Assembly: GCA_038231275.1 (NCBI GenBank)
Contig: JBBRLQ010000049.1
Location: 1 to 41,238 of the forward strand
Length of the DNA stretch: 41,238 bases
Direction: 5' to 3'
Origin: Polyangiales bacterium
GTDB taxonomy: Bacteria > Myxococcota_A > Polyangia > Polyangiales > Polyangiaceae
A program made the translations under genes and the position numbers. Below the pieces are notes generated by a model. The model did no database searches and was not told the DNA's origin. It was given only the letters and a program-made list of their open reading frames with translations. Below, piece by piece: positions 34,852 to 41,238 of this stretch (position 1 is its first letter; each line of letters opens with the position of its first letter).

Positions 34852-35442
34852 ATGGCAACTTTTTTTTGGCGTGCGGCTCCCACGGCGGCTGTCCTCGGAA
34901 TCGTCATGGCGTGCGGCGGCGCGTCGGCGCCGACGGCGTCCGGCCCTCTGGGCGACGGCGGCCAAGACGACGGCGGGACGATCGCGGATTCCGGCGGCGG
35001 CGGCGACGGGGGCAGGCTCGGCGACGACGGCGGCGGCTTGCTGGACGGCAGCACGGGCGGGCCCGACGCCAGCGCCAACGATGGAGCCGTGGGCGACGGC
35101 GGGCGCCCTGACGCGAGCGGCACGACGTGCAACCTCGACGGCGGCGCGTTCCCGCTCGACTCGTTCGCGAAGGTCTGCCTCGGCGACGGTACCTGTCTCA
35201 GCGAGCTTCACGAGGTCAGCTGCTGCGGCGCTAGGCTTGCGGTGGGGATCGATCAAAGCGCAAAGGACGACTTCGCCAAAGCGGAGAAGGCGTGGGAAGC
35301 GACGTGTCCGCAGTGCGAGTGCCCCATCGACCCCGGCGCCGTCGCGGAGGACGGCAAGACCGGCCCCGCCGCCAAGGTCCAAGTGAAATGCGACTTCAGC
35401 GGCCCTTCGCTCAACGGAAAGTGCAAGACCTTCTTCCCGTGA
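34852..35442 (+). CDS. Cys-rich lipoprotein with GDGG linker
   Basis: GAGGTG RBS; lipobox VMAC; GDGG/DDGG repeats; Cys-rich C-terminal domain. Confidence 0.8.
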   Translation: MATFFWRAAPTAAVLGIVMACGGASAPTASGPLGDGGQDDGGTIADSGGGGDGGRLGDDGGGLLDGSTGGPDASANDGAVGDGGRPDASGTTCNLDGGAFPLDSFAKVCLGDGTCLSELHEVSCCGARLAVGIDQSAKDDFAKAEKAWEATCPQCECPIDPGAVAEDGKTGPAAKVQVKCDFSGPSLNGKCKTFFP

Positions 35443-35517
35443 TCGGCGAGAAGCACGCCCGAAAATTGGCCCGCCGGTTCTGTCGCGTATGGAAGGAGTC
35501 GCCGGGCCTTGGGGACG

Positions 35518-36270
35518 CTATTTCGTCAGCTTTGCGGCATCGATCGCCGCCAGGATCTGCTCCGTCGACGGCCGCACCGTGTACGTCGGATCGGAGTGCG
35601 CCCACCGGACGCGGCCGGTGGTGTCGATGAGAAAGAGCGCCGGAATGGCGATGACGTGGTGTGTCTTGCCGGAGTGGGCCTCGAGATCGACGCCGTACCC
35701 TTTGTACTTTGCGTACTCGGCGGCATCGAGGTGCTTCGCGACCTTGAATCCGTCGATGAACGCGAGACGGTCGTCGCTCAAGACAGGAAACGGAATCGTG
35801 AACGTCGCGTTGGTCTTCGCTTCGTTCTCCGGCGTGTCGACGCTGACTGCGACGGGCGTGACGCCGCGCTTCGTGTACTCGCCATAGGCTTTCACGAGTG
35901 AGTGGATTTCGAAATTGCAGTACGGGCACCATCCGCCACGATAAAACGCCAGCAGCACGGGCCCCTTCGCATACAACGTCGACAGCGCGATCTCCTTACC
36001 GTCGAGGTCCTTCGCGTGGGCGTCCGGGACGCGTTCGCCGACGGGGATGCCGGTGCCTGGCGCGAGGACGCCAACGGTCGTCGGAACCGTTGTCTCCTTC
36101 CACGCCGGCGGAGCGCTGCTCGCCGGCGCAGACGCGGAGGCCGGCGGAGCGGTGCTCGCCGGCGCAGACGCGGAGGCCCGAGGCGCGCCGCCCGATCCGC
36201 GATCGCATGCGGCCAGCGAGAGACTCGCCGCGAGAAGACAAGCAACGAGTGGTTTGCACGTGACGATCAT
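35518..36270 (-). CDS. Peroxiredoxin-like (AhpC/TSA) lipoprotein, CxxC type
   Basis: Lipobox LAAC; FYRGGWCPYC; VAVSVD; FPVLSD; IPALFLID. Start uncertain (36270 or 36306). Confidence 0.88.
   Translation of the reverse strand: MIVTCKPLVACLLAASLSLAACDRGSGGAPRASASAPASTAPPASASAPASSAPPAWKETTVPTTVGVLAPGTGIPVGERVPDAHAKDLDGKEIALSTLYAKGPVLLAFYRGGWCPYCNFEIHSLVKAYGEYTKRGVTPVAVSVDTPENEAKTNATFTIPFPVLSDDRLAFIDGFKVAKHLDAAEYAKYKGYGVDLEAHSGKTHHVIAIPALFLIDTTGRVRWAHSDPTYTVRPSTEQILAAIDAAKLTK
36104..36175 (-). repeat. 36-bp tandem duplication (2 copies, 1 mismatch) in the Ala/Ser/Pro linker
   Basis: gccggcggagcg(c/g)tgctcgccggcgcagacgcggag seen twice in tandem. Confidence 0.85.
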
Positions 36271-36495
36271 CTCCGCGCATACGCAGGCCGCGCCAAACGG
36301 TTTCATACTGCTGAGGCGGTTTCCCTAAAGCGCCGGGAGACCGCTCCTCTGACGGGGAGTCGCATGTTTCGTGGGGCCATCCTTCGCACAAAAGCTTCGT
36401 CTCCGCGGTGCCGCGCGTCCCGGTTCGTGATGCGGCCCGCGGCAGGCGTTCCCACGCAGCACCCGAGGCGCCCGCGGATCGCGCAGCATCCGGCA

Positions 36496-36511
36496 TGGCA
36501 CCGACCTTGCT
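36496..36511 (+). promoter_or_regulatory. Sigma54 promoter TGGCACCGACCTTGCT
   Basis: Essentially consensus TGGCAC-N5-TTGCW; 13 nt before ATG 36525. Confidence 0.75.
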
Positions 36512-36524
36512 CCGGGCGGCTCCG

Positions 36525-37811
36525 ATGAAGCTCTTGCCTTTCCTCTTCTTGGCGACGCTGGCCATCGCGCCGCTCGCGTTCGGCGCGCTGCTCACGGGTT
36601 GCTCGAACAAAGGCGGCACCGCGTGCGTCGCGCCGAAGATCGGATCGCCGTCGCTGTCCGTCTGGCCGGACGATGCGACGGTGCTCCATCCGGGGCCCGC
36701 GCCCGACGCAACCGGGTTCACGCCTGCGCCGCACGCCGCTTTTCCGACGATGCCACGCGACGAGCTCGCGCTGACGCCCACGAACATCCGCTTCGAGGTC
36801 ATCACCGAGGAGAACGATCCGCTCTTCGATCGCCTGATGGCGTTCGCGGTCGATCTCGGAACGAGCAAGTGGTGGAAGGACGTCGGCGCTGACTACGATC
36901 TCCCACCGACCGTCACCTCCGTCAGCGCGGTGCAGGGCAACCCGTTCGGCGGCGACATCCGCGACGCGGACCTCGAGACGTACATCCACGGGACCTCGCA
37001 GTACCCCGATCCGGACTCGGCGGACAGCCTCACGATTCGTGTCGTCTTCCTGGCTCCGAAGGTGAACGTGATCACGTCGGAGGGCGCCAACTGCGGCTGC
37101 TCGATGTTCGGCGGCTACCACGCCGTGTCGCGCTTCGGGCAGGTCTACGCCGTCGTCCAGCGGTGCCCGACGGCCGGCGACGCCGAGCTCGACGGCCTCA
37201 CCACGATCGCGAGCCACGAGATCATCGAGGCCGCGACGAACCTCGGCCCGACGGCGCGCGTACACTTCCGGCGCGATCCCGCCGCCGTTTGGAAGACCTC
37301 GGCGCTCGCTGCGACGTTGCTCGACCACGAGACCGAGGTCGGCGACGTGTGCGGCGTGCGCATCTACGAGGGGCCGTGGGCGATCGAGCGCATTTGGTCG
37401 AACGCGCACGCCGCCGCCGGAAAGCCGCCGTGCATCCCGTACGCGACGTCCGAGCCGTACTTCAACGTGACCGCACCCCAGGACTGGTACCCGCTCGCGA
37501 ACGGCACCCATTCGGTGTCGATCCCGCTCTCCGCGTGGTCCGAGGCGCCGCGCGCGGATTGGTACGTGTCGGTGGACGCGAAGGTCGGGGCCGCCAAAGA
37601 CGCGTTCACTGCGGCGCTCGACGGCGGCGGCATCGAGACGATCGGTACGCACGCGTTCCACGCCGTAAACAACGGCGGGACCGCGACCCTCACCGTGACG
37701 CGTACGACCCACGACGCGACGACGAACCCGTACGTCGTCGTCCGCATCCGCAGCCGCTCGGTCGCGCCGGGGCTCTCGCACTCGTGGAACGTCGGCGTCT
37801 ACGTTCCGTGA
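36525..37811 (+). CDS. Uncharacterised lipoprotein with HExxE motif (Phi-1/EXORDIUM-like or zincin-like)
   Basis: Lipobox LTGC; GGYH; YAVV; SHEIIEAATN; EVGDVC; IWSN. Confidence 0.7.
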   Translation: MKLLPFLFLATLAIAPLAFGALLTGCSNKGGTACVAPKIGSPSLSVWPDDATVLHPGPAPDATGFTPAPHAAFPTMPRDELALTPTNIRFEVITEENDPLFDRLMAFAVDLGTSKWWKDVGADYDLPPTVTSVSAVQGNPFGGDIRDADLETYIHGTSQYPDPDSADSLTIRVVFLAPKVNVITSEGANCGCSMFGGYHAVSRFGQVYAVVQRCPTAGDAELDGLTTIASHEIIEAATNLGPTARVHFRRDPAAVWKTSALAATLLDHETEVGDVCGVRIYEGPWAIERIWSNAHAAAGKPPCIPYATSEPYFNVTAPQDWYPLANGTHSVSIPLSAWSEAPRADWYVSVDAKVGAAKDAFTAALDGGGIETIGTHAFHAVNNGGTATLTVTRTTHDATTNPYVVVRIRSRSVAPGLSHSWNVGVYVP

Positions 37812-37830
37812 CCCGCCCCCCCCGAAGCGC

Positions 37831-38118
37831 TCAGAGGTGATTCAGGGGGAGCATCCGCTCGTGCAGGATGCGAACGATCTCGATGCCTCCCACGCTCCGG
37901 AAGTAGACGACGTGGCGCTCGCAACGCCAACGCAGGAGCCGTGGCCGCTGGGGCACGGGACGCGCGTGGGCCGCGTTCTGCGGGAGGATCACCTCGCAGG
38001 TCTGCTCGAGCAGATCGAGGTACTTGGCGCACTGAGCCTTGCCCCATTGCGCGACCGTGTACTCCGCGATGTCGCCGAGGTCGTGCTCTGCGTCTCGTGT
38101 GTAGTAGACGCGGCTCAC
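37831..38118 (-). CDS. parE: Type II toxin, RelE/ParE family (ParE)
   Basis: AEHDLGDIAEYTVAQWGKAQCAKY; HVVYF; IEIVRILHERM. GTGA overlap with the antitoxin. Confidence 0.9.
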   Translation of the reverse strand: MSRVYYTRDAEHDLGDIAEYTVAQWGKAQCAKYLDLLEQTCEVILPQNAAHARPVPQRPRLLRWRCERHVVYFRSVGGIEIVRILHERMLPLNHL

Positions 38119-38351
38119 CGCAAGCCGGCGCGGCGTCTCGCACGCGCGAACGTTCCCGGCCGAGCCCGCCCGCTCGCCACGCCGTGGTCGAGTGCGGCCA
38201 GGACCAAGGCTTCCTTGCGCTGCTCTTCGGCGAGTCGGGTCAGTGCGTCGCGAACGACTTCGCTGGCCGAGGCGTAGGCGCCGCTGTCGACTTGCCGTCG
38301 AACGAACCCGTCGAGATCTTCACCGAGCGTAAAACTGGTGGTCCTGGCCAT
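38115..38351 (-). CDS. parD: Type II antitoxin, ParD family (ribbon-helix-helix)
   Basis: TTSFTLG..LDGFV..QVDSGAYASASEVVRDAL...L..G..SG. Confidence 0.9.
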   Translation of the reverse strand: MARTTSFTLGEDLDGFVRRQVDSGAYASASEVVRDALTRLAEEQRKEALVLAALDHGVASGRARPGTFARARRRAGLR

Positions 38352-38357
38352 CGGGCA

Positions 38358-38386
38358 AATGTACTAGAAACCAGGTACTCGAGCAA
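38358..38386 (-). promoter_or_regulatory. Sigma70 promoter of parDE, TTGCTC-N17-TACATT (probably leaderless)
   Basis: 17-nt spacer; ATG 6 nt after the -10; two AGTAC/GTAC boxes overlap the promoter. Confidence 0.6.
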
Positions 38387-38509
38387 AAGCGACGGGGTCA
38401 GCGCACGAAGCCGAGGCGCCTTCAAGTTGGACGCTGCGTCGCCAGTGGCGACACAGCGGCGTACGTAGCCGCGACGGAGGCTGCGACGTCGTTGGGATAT
38501 CTTCCGCGA

Positions 38510-39508
38510 ATGAGCGTGCTCGTGATGGTCAGCGAAGCAGAATTCAAGAAACTGCGCACGAGCGACGGCCTTCCCCCTCGCCTCGGCGTGAAGCTGGACA
38601 TCGATCGCTACCACTCGCAGCATCCCGTGCTCGAGGCGCTCGCCGGAGGTGGCGCGCTATTCCTCGTGACGGTTCTTCCTGGCGACGTGCTGTGGCTCGT
38701 CGCGATGCTCGGGGCGGTGAGACGCTTCAAGGGCAGCTGGAAGTCGCAAGGAACGATGACGCCGGTGGTCGACCTCACACCCGTCTGCGGACATCTCGGG
38801 ATCACACGTGGCGACGGCAAGCTCGCGATGCGGTTGAAGACACCCCGTGTCCTCGACGATCGCCAGTGGGCAATCCTTCATCACATCGAAGAGCAGTCAA
38901 ACGTTGCGTGGCGCGCGGGTCTGCACGCACCGCAGATCCGGCCATATGTCGCATCGGTTCCGAAGAAGTTGCTGCGCACGCCGAAGGTCGCCGCGCCGCC
39001 GCCGCCTCCTCCGCCGCCGGTGAAGCTCGTCGCAAAGCCGAAGGCGAAGACCAAGCGAACGGAGCCGCCGAAGCCCGTCAAGGTGCCGAAGCTCGCGAAG
39101 GGCCAGTTCGCCTTCGTCCATGCACGCACGCTCGATGCCGACGCAATCCTGGCGCTCGACAAGGCCCACGAGGGGCAGTTCATCGAAGCGATGTATGCCT
39201 ACGCCGGCATACGCAAGAAGACCGGCCTTGAGACCCTCGAAACGTTTCTCCGCAAGAATGGCTGGCAGCCCTCGGACTTCTCGATCGAGCTGTGGGACGT
39301 CTACGAGGGAGGACGCAAGACGCCGCGCTTCGAGTTCTGGGTACAGAACGCGGGCGACGGCACGCTGTTCGAATACGGTCGCGCGACGTCCCCCAAAAGC
39401 ATCGGATCGACCCAGCATTCGTTCGAGTCGCATGGCGCGGACGATCCCAAGACCCTCGGCCTCGTCGAGGCGTTACAGACAGCCGCCGAAAAGTCTGGCG
39501 CCGTCTGA
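38510..39508 (+). CDS. Hypothetical two-domain protein with Pro/Lys-rich linker
   Basis: Long ORF; N-domain DRYHS...LAGGGALFLVTV...LWLVA; poly-Pro/KPK linker; globular C-domain. Confidence 0.7.
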   Translation: MSVLVMVSEAEFKKLRTSDGLPPRLGVKLDIDRYHSQHPVLEALAGGGALFLVTVLPGDVLWLVAMLGAVRRFKGSWKSQGTMTPVVDLTPVCGHLGITRGDGKLAMRLKTPRVLDDRQWAILHHIEEQSNVAWRAGLHAPQIRPYVASVPKKLLRTPKVAAPPPPPPPPVKLVAKPKAKTKRTEPPKPVKVPKLAKGQFAFVHARTLDADAILALDKAHEGQFIEAMYAYAGIRKKTGLETLETFLRKNGWQPSDFSIELWDVYEGGRKTPRFEFWVQNAGDGTLFEYGRATSPKSIGSTQHSFESHGADDPKTLGLVEALQTAAEKSGAV

Positions 39509-39789
39509 GCCCACCACCCGCGACCGATGCGCGTCCCTCACCGCCGAGCGACGTTCCTCAAGCGAGGGGAATCGACGGGCTCTACTGTCCGACGTCCGCG
39601 TGGTGTCACACGGTGGAAGGATCGGAAAGCGTTCACGGTGCTGCCCGATGGAGGCATCGAGCTCCGCGCGAAGTAGCTGCCCGTCACTTGAACTTCGAGT
39701 GACACGCCTTGCACGTGGCCTTGATCGACGCGAGGCCGGTGAAGTATTGCCAAGAGCAGAGGGCGGCCCCCTTTGCGCGGACTCCACGC

Positions 39790-40587
39790 TCAGGCCGGAG
39801 CGCCTGCGCTTCCGTGCGCGGCGCCCCGAGTAGCGCGACGAAGACGCGACAGGATCACCGGGAGCCCGAACGCCACCGCGGGCATCGCCGTGAACGCGAA
39901 GATGAGCGCGTCTCCCCCGCCGTCTAGCACGAGAGCCGTCATGCTTCCGCCGCGGACGCACGCCGCCACCGCCGTGAGCACGCCGAGGACGACGCCCCAC
40001 GCGCGCATCCTCACGACGCCGCACGCCGCCGCGAGGAAGCCTACGGCGAGCGCCGCCAGCCCGACGGCGCCGGCGGGATCCCCCCCGGCGACGTACGACA
40101 AGGCGTGAAGCCCCGTCGTCGTGGCAGCCGTGACGGCCGACACCGCGCCCACGAGAAAGAAGCTTCTGAACGCGACAGGCGCGAACGCTCGCTGCGCGGC
40201 GGCGGTGTGCAATCCCGGCCGCGAAAGGGCGAGCGCCGCGCCCGATCCGAAGCTCATGAACCACAGCGCCGTGCTCCACACCATCTGGCCGTCGGCGAGA
40301 CCGCGCGCGATCGGGTAGGACGCCGACAGGAAGACGATCAACGCGACGCCGCGCGAAAGCACCTGCGCGAGCACGGAGGAGCGCTGGAGCCCGACCGCCG
40401 CTGCCGCCGTCATCACCGCCAAGGTGACGAGGGGCAGGACGAGGAGCTCCAGCCGATTCCCGGCCAGGTCCCGGTAGACGGGACCGATCCGCGACCCCAG
40501 CGCGATCGCGGCAAGGGCGAGCGACACCGATGCCGCGACGCGCCGAGCGACGAGCGCGGAGCTGCTGCCAATGGCGAGAGCTCGCAT
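39790..40587 (-). CDS. Polytopic membrane protein of unknown function
   Basis: About 8 hydrophobic segments; start uncertain. Confidence 0.65.
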   Translation of the reverse strand: MRALAIGSSSALVARRVAASVSLALAAIALGSRIGPVYRDLAGNRLELLVLPLVTLAVMTAAAAVGLQRSSVLAQVLSRGVALIVFLSASYPIARGLADGQMVWSTALWFMSFGSGAALALSRPGLHTAAAQRAFAPVAFRSFFLVGAVSAVTAATTTGLHALSYVAGGDPAGAVGLAALAVGFLAAACGVVRMRAWGVVLGVLTAVAACVRGGSMTALVLDGGGDALIFAFTAMPAVAFGLPVILSRLRRATRGAAHGSAGAPA

Positions 40588-40711
40588 CAGGAAAAAGCGT
40601 AGCTGCACCACCGGCAAGGCGCCACGCGGCGCCGACTGCCCGAGTCCCGGTCAGGGGTGCCCTAGCTGCTGGGAGATGTACCTCCGAGGTGGGAAAGTTC
40701 AGAAAGTCGAT

Positions 40712-41140
40712 TCATTGGGCCTGCGGGACGGGATGAGCATCCTTCGCGGTTTCGTCCGCGACGAACTCGCGCGCGAACTGAACGAGCCGGTGCCCGGCCA
40801 CGACGAAGCAAAGTGCGGCAAGGATGATGGTGAGTGGGGCCACCGCGCGCTCGTGTCCGCTCGCCAGCACGGTCACCGTGGCGCCGATCATCACGAGCCC
40901 CATCGCGAAGGACGACGGGAGTCGGATGTTGCGTACGAAGAACCCGATGCCGCCGAGGAGCTGCGCGACGCCGACGAAATACATCATCCAGGATGGCAGC
41001 TGCCACCCCTGGAACTGCTCGACCAGCGTCGGCACCGCTGCGAGCTTGGTCGCGCCGAAGATGACGTGTGCGACGCCAAGTACATAGGCGAGGCTCTGGA
41101 TTCGCTTGTCGGTCTTGCTGGCAGGGAGTGCAGTCGTCAT
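40712..41140 (-). CDS. DoxX-family membrane protein
   Basis: G..KL.....EQF..W.LP.W....VG..QLLGG; MIGA; four TM segments; GAGG RBS. Confidence 0.8.
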   Translation of the reverse strand: MTTALPASKTDKRIQSLAYVLGVAHVIFGATKLAAVPTLVEQFQGWQLPSWMMYFVGVAQLLGGIGFFVRNIRLPSSFAMGLVMIGATVTVLASGHERAVAPLTIILAALCFVVAGHRLVQFAREFVADETAKDAHPVPQAQ

Positions 41141-41238
41141 GGGCCTCGTGGGCCACTGGCTCTGGCCAGCGGTACGTGCGAGCCTGCTTCTCAACACTCC
41201 ATGCCGCAAGTACGCACAAATTTGAGACCTAGTACCCA

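Overview
High-GC window that looks like Myxococcota, probably Polyangiaceae-like. This is inferred from the FHA-sigma54 activator, the many Cys-rich lipoproteins with DAG/GDGG linkers, and the VIT/vWA proteins. Bases 1-31.4 kb are chromosomal genes. They include a partial FHA-degenerate GGDEF-AAA+ sigma54 activator, MobA, a glutathionyl-hydroquinone reductase, an esterase and a heparinase-like/Gfo/epimerase cluster. A tight four-gene RRM RNA-binding operon with three uncharacterised partners follows, then two vWA proteins and an unannotated 32-aa Lys-rich ORF. Next come an ECF sigma/anti-sigma/Omp85 unit facing a metallophosphoesterase/cytochrome c unit across back-to-back ECF promoters, then GH76-CBM32, a phosphoesterase and a Rieske-FAD reductase. 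A peroxiredoxin-like gene with an in-frame TGA (UxxC) and a SECIS-like hairpin is a probable selenoprotein that the ORF track splits in two. tmRNA lies at 31513-31873 (tag ANDNAIALAA). It is followed by a decayed tyrosine-integrase remnant and accessory-looking genes: secreted unknowns, a Cys-type peroxiredoxin, ParDE and DoxX. Four well-spaced sigma54 promoters precede exported-protein genes. All calls come from reading motifs by eye; no database searches were run.
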